A DNA stretch of 46,344 bases from positions 1 to 46,344 of IMG/VR virus record IMGVR_UViG_3300005512_000066; one strand, given 5' to 3'. A program made the translations under genes and the position numbers. Source of the DNA: a virus. Its lineage: Duplodnaviria; Caudoviricetes. The notes beneath the pieces were generated by a model that ran no database searches, was not told the DNA's origin, and saw only the letters and a list, made by a program, of their open reading frames with translations. This document shows positions 1 to 8,806 of the stretch, one piece after another. Within the stretch, counting starts at the first letter, position 1. Every line of letters begins with the position of its first letter.

Positions 1-1558
1 GGTATATGAATCTGATATTATGGCTGCCAAATGGCAATCATTCAGCAAGGACAAGAAAGATCCTATAACCTTTGCCACTATTAAACATAAAGCAAAGGAA
101 AACGGCTGGATTGAGCCTGTAACATTCTATGATGATACTTTTGATCTTCCAGATCCTACTTTACCAGATGGAGAACTGCCTTTTCATGTTGATGATCTGG
201 ATATGCTAAAACCGCCTGGATTTGTAGGCGAGGTGGTGGAATATATTAATAGTCAATGTTTATACCCGCGCAAACGATTAGCAGTTGCAACAGCCTTATC
301 AACCGTTGGAGATATTGGCGGCCTTTCAACTGTCTTAGATGATGGTATGACAAGGGCGAATACTATATTTTTCTGCATCGCAGGATCCAGCACAGGTAAA
401 GAGGCTATTTTACAAGCAAGGACTAAACTACTCAGGGCTGCCGGTATTCCCCAGGTGCAATATGGTAAATGGAAGTCAGATAAAGAGATAATTAGTAATT
501 TGCTCAGACACGACCAATCCAGTTATGTAGTTGACGAGATAGGCATCCAACTTTCTAAGGTATCAAGTGCTATTAAACGTGGGGGCGCTGTTTACTTGGA
601 AGGCATTATTGGAGAGATCATGTCTATATTTTCTAAGTCTTTGGGTATTTATTCCATTAGCGGCGATCTAAAAGATGAAGTTAAGGCCGTTTTAAACAAT
701 GAGATTAAGCTAATTAACAAACTTGCTAAAGATGGTGAGATAGAAGATCAGGAGGCTAAAAGGAAAATTGACCAATTAAACAAATCAAAAAAAGATATTA
801 ACGCCGGAATAGAAAATCCTTTTTTATCCATCCTGGGGTTTACCACTCCGCATACTTTTGAACATGTACTAAGCTTTGAAAATCTAACCAATGGGTTTCT
901 AGCCAGGGCTTTAATAGTCGATGAGATCGATACCAATCCAAAAAGAAAGAAATATTTTAAAAAACCGGATATACCTGAAAGTTTAGAGCGTGTTTTAATG
1001 CGCCTGAGGGCCACTGGTAATTTTGAGATAGATTGGAATGCAAAGATAGAGGCACCTGATGATTTAATTGTAGTTAATTCAACGTCAGAGGCTCGAGATT
1101 TAATAGAGTCAGTCTATGAGTATCAATATACCATGGCAGAAAAAGAAAAGGCTAAAAGCGGATATGAGGCGATATGGAGAAGGTTAACAGAACTTGTAAA
1201 TAGAGTCTGTTTAATACTTGCCATTCCATCTGGCCTATTAACTGCAAACATGGTCAGGTGGTCATTTGAGTATTGCCGTAGGAACTGCCAGCGTAAAATA
1301 GAACTTGCTATCGGTGCGGATGCTGATGATGTAGTTAAATCATCCAAAGCGGATCAACTACTTTCTAAATTGTTGACCATTATTGATGATGAAGGGGAAA
1401 CCATTGGGACTATTGTTAATCGTTGCCGTAGGTTTAAGAGAGAGGACGTTATAGAGGGGCTTGCCAGGTTGGAGAAAAAAGGCGATATTTTTACAGAGTC
1501 CAAGATCCATCCTGTCAATAAAACCGAGATAATTAAATATAAAAGAATTTATGGGTAA
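1..1558 (+). CDS. Primase-helicase, C-terminal part (end of PriCT-2, DUF3987-like helicase domain, C-terminal winged helix); 5' part lies at the window end
   Basis: Frame is open from base 2. KWQSF...ITFATIKHKAKENGW matches the end of a PriCT-2 domain, followed by PPGFVGEVVEYI, Walker A-like AGSSTGKE, Walker B VVDEIG and NGFLAR. Confidence 0.8.
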   Translation, partial: VYESDIMAAKWQSFSKDKKDPITFATIKHKAKENGWIEPVTFYDDTFDLPDPTLPDGELPFHVDDLDMLKPPGFVGEVVEYINSQCLYPRKRLAVATALSTVGDIGGLSTVLDDGMTRANTIFFCIAGSSTGKEAILQARTKLLRAAGIPQVQYGKWKSDKEIISNLLRHDQSSYVVDEIGIQLSKVSSAIKRGGAVYLEGIIGEIMSIFSKSLGIYSISGDLKDEVKAVLNNEIKLINKLAKDGEIEDQEAKRKIDQLNKSKKDINAGIENPFLSILGFTTPHTFEHVLSFENLTNGFLARALIVDEIDTNPKRKKYFKKPDIPESLERVLMRLRATGNFEIDWNAKIEAPDDLIVVNSTSEARDLIESVYEYQYTMAEKEKAKSGYEAIWRRLTELVNRVCLILAIPSGLLTANMVRWSFEYCRRNCQRKIELAIGADADDVVKSSKADQLLSKLLTIIDDEGETIGTIVNRCRRFKREDVIEGLARLEKKGDIFTESKIHPVNKTEIIKYKRIYG

Positions 1559-1603
1559 ATTAGTTGATAATGATGAGTTTACTCAATAACACAGGAGAAT
1601 AAA

Positions 1604-1747
1604 ATGAAAGACTATAAATATTTATTAGTTGATGATAACAACTATAAAAAATCAACGGAAAAATACATGGGGGATTTACTGGCCTTTGTTACAGGTGCTG
1701 GTTTTTCAATCTTTGTTATGGCACATCTATGGATGGCAACGATATAA
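1604..1747 (+). CDS. Small membrane protein (47 aa, MKDYKYLLVD...LLAFVTGAGFSIFVMAHLWMATI)
   Basis: Read manually. AGGAG RBS upstream, C-terminal hydrophobic helix, stop overlaps the next ATG (TAATG). Confidence 0.55.
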   Translation: MKDYKYLLVDDNNYKKSTEKYMGDLLAFVTGAGFSIFVMAHLWMATI

Positions 1748-1836
1748 TGAATTACTCCAAAGCCGTGAAAATCGGCACTTTAGCCAGTCGGTTTACCTCC
1801 CCTTTGGATCGGCTGGTGTTTTTTAAGGATTAAAAA

Positions 1837-1962
1837 TGGATACTGAAAAGTTATTAGCAAAGAATCAAGAACTGCAATTAATGTTTGATAAACAACAAGC
1901 AGATATTGATAGAATTAATCAATTAAATCGACAAAAGATTATTGGAGAAAAAGAAGAATGAA
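1837..1962 (+). CDS. Small coiled-coil hypothetical protein (MDTEKLLAKNQELQ...)
   Basis: Read manually. AAGGA upstream, stop overlaps the start at 1958. Confidence 0.4.
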
Positions 1963-2353
1963 TGACGATGAAAAACTATTTAACCTATCCATTAGCATCA
2001 TGTTTGTCATGGCTATAGTAACAGCTTTTGTATTATTTTGCAGCACAGCAGAAGCTAGTACTGAAAGAGGCTATCAGGATAGATGGTGTACGATGGGTGA
2101 AACTGAAGTTGTTCTCGAAGATAGGACTCGGGTTGATTGTATGACTGATGATTTTGCAATCGAATTTGGATTTGCTAAGTCATGGCAACAAGATATCGGA
2201 CAGGCCTTGCACTACGGCATCCAAACTAATAGACGTGGAGGTGTTGTAATGATACTTGAGAAGCCCACCGACATTAAATACTGGAAACAAATGCAGGATA
2301 TTATTTGGTTTTACAAGTTGCCGTTAAATACATGGATGATAAAAGGGTATTGA
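1958..2353 (+). CDS. Signal-anchored protein with PD-(D/E)XK-like fold
   Basis: N-terminal hydrophobic helix ending AEA, then TEVVLEDRTRVDC...AIEFGFAK...IGQALHY. Confidence 0.6.
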   Translation: MNDDEKLFNLSISIMFVMAIVTAFVLFCSTAEASTERGYQDRWCTMGETEVVLEDRTRVDCMTDDFAIEFGFAKSWQQDIGQALHYGIQTNRRGGVVMILEKPTDIKYWKQMQDIIWFYKLPLNTWMIKGY

Positions 2354-2420
2354 TTATGACAATCAAAACTTGTACCAAATGCAAACTAAATAAAACATCA
2401 GATACAGTTATGGAGGATAG

Positions 2421-2879
2421 ATGATTATGAAATGTAAAGAATGCAAGTACTACAACATACCAAATTCGGCTGGTGACTTTTGCCCATTCAGTGCCTGTTG
2501 TAGTGACTCACCATTAATTATTAAGAGTTACTTCAAACCCAGAGAGCCAGAGTTTGATATTAAATCCATTCTTTATGAAGGCTGTCCATTAGTATGCGGT
2601 GATAACTTAGGTGAATATATCAGTGAACATGATGGATACTACTATATATCTGGCAAAGGTAATAGCAATAACCCAAGACTCCCAACTCCAAGAGAGATAG
2701 GCCCAAATATTAAAGTACCTCATCATTATTCCTTAGGTAAACCTGAAGGAATTGAGAAGTATGATAATGTAGCTATCTGGACTGAAGATGGTGTAAATAC
2801 GATACTGAAAAGAGGGGATTATTGGGATTGGGATATTGATGATTATAGTGCAATCACAGCATGGATGTTACTGGAGTAA
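2421..2879 (+). CDS. Hypothetical protein, Cys-rich N-terminus; paralogue of 3749-4192
   Basis: GGAGG RBS, CxxC motif, shared EGCP and RLPT motifs. Confidence 0.7.
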   Translation: MIMKCKECKYYNIPNSAGDFCPFSACCSDSPLIIKSYFKPREPEFDIKSILYEGCPLVCGDNLGEYISEHDGYYYISGKGNSNNPRLPTPREIGPNIKVPHHYSLGKPEGIEKYDNVAIWTEDGVNTILKRGDYWDWDIDDYSAITAWMLLE

Positions 2880-2890
2880 CTGGAGATAGA

Positions 2891-3325
2891 ATGATGAACA
2901 CGAAAGATTTAATTCAATTGCTAAAGGATAAGTACAACACTACCATTGACGGTGTTGATTGTGTTGTCTTTCATCGTATGTATTTAGTTATAAATACGAT
3001 TAGAAATGAAATAAAACAGGAGTTATTAGATGATGAATACTCCAGAGGTGAAATAATGAATGAATGGGTAAGTATTAAAGATAAATTACCTAAATGTTAT
3101 GATTGCTCATACATTAAAGATGTTATACATAATTGCAGTGGAGACCTATTAGTTGTTACCAAAGATAAAGAAATTACGATAGCTGAATATAGTGAAGGTG
3201 ATGATTCTTGGTATTCAGAAGCACACGAGAGTATTGTTGATGTTACTCATTGGATGTATTTACCAAAACTACCTGTAGAAAAGACTACAAGTATAAGCAC
3301 CAATAGATTGAAAGGGATGGAATGA
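2891..3325 (+). CDS. DUF551-domain protein (possible internal start at 3056)
   Basis: MNEWVSIKDKLP...VTHWMYLPKLP is the DUF551 signature. GGAG precedes 2891 and GAGGTG precedes 3056. Confidence 0.75.
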   Translation: MMNTKDLIQLLKDKYNTTIDGVDCVVFHRMYLVINTIRNEIKQELLDDEYSRGEIMNEWVSIKDKLPKCYDCSYIKDVIHNCSGDLLVVTKDKEITIAEYSEGDDSWYSEAHESIVDVTHWMYLPKLPVEKTTSISTNRLKGME

Positions 3326-3609
3326 TGAACAGCTTAGAAGATATATTAAAACTAGATGGTATAGTCATAAGAAATATTCCTAAAACTACAAAGAGTATCT
3401 ATTATTCATACGACCCCAAGACAAATAAAAGGCTTAAAGAAACAATAGTTAAAACAAATGAGCTAGCAGGGTGGATTATAACTTTTGAACTTAGCCAAGA
3501 CGCAACGATTCGTTTCAATAAAAAGTGTAATGGGGTAGGAAAAACTATAGAAAAAGCATATCAAGATTATCTAAGTAAAGCTAAGAAATTAGCATTAGTT
3601 AAAGCATAA
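3322..3609 (+). CDS. Hypothetical protein
   Basis: 95-aa ORF with overlapping start/stop in the operon. Confidence 0.65.
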   Translation: MMNSLEDILKLDGIVIRNIPKTTKSIYYSYDPKTNKRLKETIVKTNELAGWIITFELSQDATIRFNKKCNGVGKTIEKAYQDYLSKAKKLALVKA

Positions 3610-3748
3610 TGAAATGTGAGCAGTGTAAATTAGTAGCAGTACCAGAGAGTGAAATAATGGATGTATATTACACAGTACCTTTATTGAAACAAAACTTAAC
3701 TGTGCAAGCAGCGTTGTGCAGTGGTGGGTCTAATTAAGAGGATAAACG

Positions 3749-4192
3749 ATGAGCAAAAAATACAAGATAGAGATAGCTGGTTGTGGGTGTTGCAGTTCGC
3801 CTTTTCTATTGGAACTAAAAGATATTAATGGAGAATATGTTGAAAATGATTTATGTGATGTTAATTGGATAGCTAAAGAACCAGAGTGGCACTCAAGACT
3901 TTGGGAAGGTTGTCCTATCTGGAGTACTCCAGACGATGATGGTATTTCTATAAACTATTGGCATAGAGCATATTCCAAATGGTTCAGACTCCCCACCATA
4001 GAAGAAAGCCCTCGTAACACATGGCTATTACATGATGGTAGTAATAAATGCCCTGAAGGTGCTGAAGATTTAGATATACTTGTTTGGTGGGGAGAGAGAT
4101 TGTCACCTAACCTTATGTCCCGAGGTGGAGATTTGAGAGAGTGGGGTGTTGTAGATAAGTTTATGATTATCGACAAAAGGGCTTTTAAATGA
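3749..4192 (+). CDS. Hypothetical protein; paralogue of 2421-2879
   Basis: GAGGA RBS, KEPEW..LWEGCP...RLPT. Confidence 0.7.
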   Translation: MSKKYKIEIAGCGCCSSPFLLELKDINGEYVENDLCDVNWIAKEPEWHSRLWEGCPIWSTPDDDGISINYWHRAYSKWFRLPTIEESPRNTWLLHDGSNKCPEGAEDLDILVWWGERLSPNLMSRGGDLREWGVVDKFMIIDKRAFK

Positions 4193-4500
4193 GTAAATGT
4201 AAACAATGTAAGCACTATTATTCTCAATTCCCAGAAGGGTTATGTTCGCAATGCTCAAGTTTAGAAAGAACAGAACACTTTGAACCCAGAAAACCAGAGT
4301 GGTACGAGAATAAAGGATTGGGAAGAAGGCACAGTATGACACCATTAATAGCAACAACTGAAGAAGGTCATAACGTCAAAGCATACGATACTTTCATAGA
4401 TGATACAGGGCAGATAGTCATTAGATATACTAGCGGAATGCAACACTATTTTTATGCTGAAACTGGTATTTATATAGATAAAGAGAGGATGAATAAATGA
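4189..4500 (+). CDS. Hypothetical protein with CxxC...CxxC N-terminus
   Basis: ATGA coupling, MSKCKQCK...CSQC. Confidence 0.65.
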   Translation: MSKCKQCKHYYSQFPEGLCSQCSSLERTEHFEPRKPEWYENKGLGRRHSMTPLIATTEEGHNVKAYDTFIDDTGQIVIRYTSGMQHYFYAETGIYIDKERMNK

Positions 4501-4679
4501 AAGATATAAGATTACTTATACAAGAAATAGACAAGTGTCTTGAATGTACTTATATGAGAACGGAAAGAAAATCTGTTTATATATGTGATTTTACAGACGA
4601 GTATAGAATACCCAATCCTTGGAGTATCCCTGATTGGTGTCCTTTAGAAAAAGTGGAAAGAAAAAATGCCAGGATTTGA
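4497..4679 (+). CDS. Small Cys-rich protein (CxxC...C...IPDWCPL family)
   Basis: Typical small phage protein motif, ATGA coupling. Confidence 0.65.
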   Translation: MKDIRLLIQEIDKCLECTYMRTERKSVYICDFTDEYRIPNPWSIPDWCPLEKVERKNARI

Positions 4680-4887
4680 AGAATGGTGGTATAAACAACA
4701 CGATGACTTCTATGAAGATATGTTAACTCTAGGCGATGTTGAGGATGCATGGAAAGCAGCACAAAAAGAATGCGCTAAACATATCCTGAAAGAGTTTGAC
4801 AAAATGGTTGCCGATGTAGGTGTTCGTGAAGGGCACATTGACTGGTACAACAAAATGTATGAGGAATTTATAGAGGATGAACGATGA
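4666..4887 (+). CDS. Hypothetical protein (FEEW...AWKAAQKEC); paralogue of 5101-5295
   Basis: Protein and DNA similarity to 5101-5295. Confidence 0.65.
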   Translation: MPGFEEWWYKQHDDFYEDMLTLGDVEDAWKAAQKECAKHILKEFDKMVADVGVREGHIDWYNKMYEEFIEDER

Positions 4888-5111
4888 AATATAAAACACT
4901 CAGACGTAAAGCCAGCGCAAACTCATGCGATTACTTTGCTTTCGATGCAAATGGCAAAGCCTATGGGTTTTATGCTCACCCTAGAATAAAGAAAGACTTA
5001 AAGATATGGGGCGGAGCAGCATGTCAATACTTAGGTGTGTTAGACAGAGATGACGAACCTCATCATTGGACTGAATCACTAAAGAGATTAAGAGGTAATT
5101 ATGACATTTGA
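4884..5111 (+). CDS. Hypothetical protein
   Basis: ATGA coupling, GAGGA RBS. Confidence 0.6.
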   Translation: MKYKTLRRKASANSCDYFAFDANGKAYGFYAHPRIKKDLKIWGGAACQYLGVLDRDDEPHHWTESLKRLRGNYDI

Positions 5112-5295
5112 AGAGTGGTATAAACAAGAAGAACGTGCAACTCCAAAAGAGAACTATGTTTTAAAAAAGTGTTGGGAAGCAGCACAAAAAGAATGTTCTA
5201 CTAGGTGTAATGAATTAATACTGACAGCAACTAACACTGATGCAACAGCATGGGAAGTTACAGAACAAATAAAGAAAGAGTTTATGTCACCCTAG
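5101..5295 (+). CDS. Hypothetical protein (MTFEEWY...WEAAQKEC)
   Basis: GAGGT RBS, paralogue of 4666-4887. Confidence 0.65.
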   Translation: MTFEEWYKQEERATPKENYVLKKCWEAAQKECSTRCNELILTATNTDATAWEVTEQIKKEFMSP

Positions 5296-5307
5296 ATACA
5301 CACTAGG

Positions 5308-5351
5308 CACTGAGTAATCAGTGATTTTAAGACGCATCCCTGTCGTGCGTT
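5308..5351. terminator. Hairpins between convergent operons
   Basis: CACTGA-GTAA-TCAGTG followed by ATTTT, and a second weaker stem GACGCA...TGCGTT, between the + accessory cluster and the end of the - tail operon. Confidence 0.45.
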
Positions 5352-5372
5352 GTGTAAGGCAGGATTAACTAT

Positions 5373-8360
5373 TTAAGTAGTAGCGTTATAATTAACCAAG
5401 TCATTATCATTCCCTGCTCGGTCTGTTAGTGTTCCTGATGCTATACTTAAATTAACAAATTCAGATGTAGCTTTAACTTTTAGAATATATTTGTTTAATC
5501 CATCATTAGCTTTCTTATACAATAATTTCTTAGCATTAGTCACATTAATACTGGCTAAGGGTAAATAATTAAGCCCACCTTCTGCAAAGTCTATTGTGAA
5601 TGTGAATATAAAAGCATCTCTATTAAAGTTATCTTCAGCGACTTGATAACAGGCACTTATTCCATCTGAGCAAATACTAGATTTAACCCCGCTAGAATTA
5701 CACTTAGCATAGTCTGCATCACAAGCGCGTTCTAAAGTAGTTCTTTTCTCTTGTGCTGCATTATAAATCTCACTAAAATTATCGGTTATTGTGGGAGATG
5801 GCTTAGTGTAATCAATAATAACTTTTGAACATCTACCTGAACCGCTTGTTTGTTCAAAACTATCTCCATCTGCTGTGATATTAAAAGCAACACTGGACTC
5901 AGATTCAGTACCGTTTACTGTATAAGTAGCTGTATAATTATCACCCGACAATGAAGGTGTTACTGATGAGCCTGCTATTGAGCAAGTTAGAGTGGTTATA
6001 GACACTGTTCTTTCAAAAGTAAGCGTTATTGTGTCGCCTGTTTTAGCAAATTGAGTATTTGCGTTGTTTGAGACTATTTTTATGTTAATGATTTTTAAAG
6101 ATGGTGGTATAAATGCGTCAGATGATAAATGGTTAACTACATCTTTATCTAAATCAGGGGCATTAGTTTTTGCTACACCTATATACGTGTTCACATAGCT
6201 CCACATTGTATCACTTTGGTCTTGTGGACTAAGATTATACAGTACGCTATCTGGAATTGTATCTGGTCCTATTAATACTATTCCATCTGGTGTCCCTGCA
6301 AACAAAGAATAACTACCTACCCTCACCCATGATTCTCTTTGTCCTGCTGTTGTATAACCGCTAGTTGATTTTGAAGATATATTAACCCCTTCTATGTAAA
6401 GATGAGATGTTGTTCCATAAGGTAATAATTGAGAGGATGTTCCAATTAAATATGATTTATATTTTAAATTAAAAAGGTGCAAATGAACATCATAAGATGT
6501 TTCCTCTCCAGTAGCACCTGTTACAAGTGTATCATTTACATAAATTTGAGAATACCTTTCTATTACATCCCCATCATCAACTCTTGAGCCATAAGTATTC
6601 ATATTAAGTGTTATTATATTGTCATCATTATCAAAAGCACAGAACATGTGAAGAGCAGACCAATTTTCTGAAAAAGGCAGAGAATTAGATATTATTTCAA
6701 AAGGCTCAACTGAAATATTACCATCTTTATTATCAATAATTTTAAATAGCCCACTTTCAATTGGGTATTGCCCTTGAGTGGCTCCCCCATTGTCCCTAGA
6801 TGTGAATAATACCTCTGTCCCTGTTGAATTAGCGACCATATTAGCCTCTATGTAAACAGCAGACCTTAATTGTTCTACTAGTAGCCTTTTCCAAAATCGA
6901 CTGTCATTTGACCAGCTTCCAGGTTTAAACAAATGAGAGTGTGTATAAGTAATAAAGTTTACTTGAGTCTGTTGCCAAGTAGTAGTATCAATCGCATATT
7001 TAGTGACTTCTATTATACCATTAGAAGGGTAATAAATTTTATAATAAACAACAGTATTTGCATCTTCTATATGATGCCCCCCAACAATATCATTATAGCC
7101 ATAGGATATAGAAAAAACGTACTCTCCATTCCAAGTTAAGTAAAAAGACCCAGCTGAAATACCTATTGGAGTATCTACTGAGCTGCTGCCGTTTAATTGG
7201 AAAACTAAAGTAGGTTGTCGAATCGTCCATTCATCAATACAAGCTCCAAAGACAACTAATGTATCACCACCTAATGTTCTGGTAAAACTATTGGCAGGAT
7301 AAGGACTTGTTCTTACTAGTGGCGTATTTCCTTCAACCACATCTCCTATAGTTGGTTGAGCAGTTAGCATATCATTGTATAGTGTGCTAAACTGATTTGT
7401 AAATAATTTAGCATAAATATAAAAATCAAGCGTTTCTGCTTTAGGATTAGCATAGAATCCTATAATTAAAGCATCTCCAAATTTAGCTTCACAGAAAGAT
7501 ACAATAACTCCATCGCCAACACGAAAAGATGTGTGGTTGTACAGCATATAATCAAAAGCAATATTAGCAGTTGGCTCATGACCATTAAAGTTAACACCAT
7601 CCTCATCTGTTAAATCAAAGTAAGAAACACTAGCTCTGTTATTATCTGTATCAATACTGGTTATTGTTGCTAATCTATAAGCAGGACTCCATGCCATTTG
7701 TGGTCCTAACATATTCCAATTGTAAACAAATCCATACTCATTATTTGATAGTGAGCTTTTTATATTTCCATTGATTGATTCAGTATAGGAATTATCCCGC
7801 CCATAACTGGAAGGAACAATCCAGTGTTCATATTTCTTATCGCTAAAACTATAAATATCAATTGTTGCAACTTCGGTATTATCTGGAATAACAACATCCC
7901 CTAAATCACCATCACACAAATCAGCGCACCAAATATTCATTTGAGTCCATTCATCATGGACATTATTTAAAACGGCTATATCTCTTTCTAATCTTTGCTT
8001 AATAACATATAAAGAATCTAATGATTGATTTAGTGAGTTTACTAGTTGCTGGGCTTCTACAAATTCAGCATAGCGTTCCATCATCCCGTTATATTGGTTC
8101 TTACATTTATCTTGATTGTTATCATTGGCTTTTAAACAATCAGCATAGGCGTTAATCAAGCTCTGATAATTATTACTAGCTAAAGCTAGATCACTTTCAG
8201 CTGTGGTTTTATCAGCTTCTTTGGTTGTTATATCCGCGTTAACTTGGGTTAAGTTATCATTCAGTCTTGCCTTTTTAAATTCAACTTTTGCAATATTATG
8301 ATATAACTGAACTGAGTATTTTCCTTCACCTAAATGAGAAACTATTTTAGCCTTACCCAT
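5373..8360 (-). CDS. Large tail tip/baseplate-associated protein with N-terminal coiled coil and C-terminal Ig-like domains
   Basis: 995 aa, last gene of the tail operon. Ig-like segments AKTGDTITLTF...YTATYTV and TLTDRAGN. Confidence 0.65.
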   Translation of the reverse strand: MGKAKIVSHLGEGKYSVQLYHNIAKVEFKKARLNDNLTQVNADITTKEADKTTAESDLALASNNYQSLINAYADCLKANDNNQDKCKNQYNGMMERYAEFVEAQQLVNSLNQSLDSLYVIKQRLERDIAVLNNVHDEWTQMNIWCADLCDGDLGDVVIPDNTEVATIDIYSFSDKKYEHWIVPSSYGRDNSYTESINGNIKSSLSNNEYGFVYNWNMLGPQMAWSPAYRLATITSIDTDNNRASVSYFDLTDEDGVNFNGHEPTANIAFDYMLYNHTSFRVGDGVIVSFCEAKFGDALIIGFYANPKAETLDFYIYAKLFTNQFSTLYNDMLTAQPTIGDVVEGNTPLVRTSPYPANSFTRTLGGDTLVVFGACIDEWTIRQPTLVFQLNGSSSVDTPIGISAGSFYLTWNGEYVFSISYGYNDIVGGHHIEDANTVVYYKIYYPSNGIIEVTKYAIDTTTWQQTQVNFITYTHSHLFKPGSWSNDSRFWKRLLVEQLRSAVYIEANMVANSTGTEVLFTSRDNGGATQGQYPIESGLFKIIDNKDGNISVEPFEIISNSLPFSENWSALHMFCAFDNDDNIITLNMNTYGSRVDDGDVIERYSQIYVNDTLVTGATGEETSYDVHLHLFNLKYKSYLIGTSSQLLPYGTTSHLYIEGVNISSKSTSGYTTAGQRESWVRVGSYSLFAGTPDGIVLIGPDTIPDSVLYNLSPQDQSDTMWSYVNTYIGVAKTNAPDLDKDVVNHLSSDAFIPPSLKIINIKIVSNNANTQFAKTGDTITLTFERTVSITTLTCSIAGSSVTPSLSGDNYTATYTVNGTESESSVAFNITADGDSFEQTSGSGRCSKVIIDYTKPSPTITDNFSEIYNAAQEKRTTLERACDADYAKCNSSGVKSSICSDGISACYQVAEDNFNRDAFIFTFTIDFAEGGLNYLPLASINVTNAKKLLYKKANDGLNKYILKVKATSEFVNLSIASGTLTDRAGNDNDLVNYNATT

Positions 8361-8806
8361 TAGAAAGTCGCCTGTGTATAAGCATTGTCTGAGTAATAAT
8401 GGGAAACACTATTACAAATAACAGTTAAATTATCTGTAGATAAAGTCATTAACGGTTTAAGTGATAAATCCATAGCTATTCTAATATTATCCTTATTATA
8501 AAATATAACTTGGTCTGAAGTCTTTGTGATACTGCTGGAACTATCTTCTCTTGAAACAACTAATCTATGTTGTTGTAAATCATCAATTGTACCAGTCATT
8601 ATTAATTTATCATCAGCATAAAAAGAAATTGATTCACCTACAAATATTCCCTCAGTATCCGTTGCCGTGGTTAAATCTAAAACACTCACATAATCATTTG
8701 ATCCATCTTCAATAATAGTATGCCTTAATGAAAACTGGGTAAGTAGAACTGTTTCTGCTGAGTGGGTTGCTGTAAATATCATATTTCTGTCAACTGAAAA
8801 GTCCAC
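8360..8806 (-). CDS. Tail protein
   Basis: Beta-rich 148 aa ORF, coupled within the tail operon. Confidence 0.55.
   Translation of the reverse strand: MDFSVDRNMIFTATHSAETVLLTQFSLRHTIIEDGSNDYVSVLDLTTATDTEGIFVGESISFYADDKLIMTGTIDDLQQHRLVVSREDSSSSITKTSDQVIFYNKDNIRIAMDLSLKPLMTLSTDNLTVICNSVSHYYSDNAYTQATF

Noticed and set aside
1629-1826. 65-aa ORF from the track
   Set aside because: It has a TTG start without an RBS. The overlapping frame from 1604, with AGGAG and coupled downstream ORFs, fits better.
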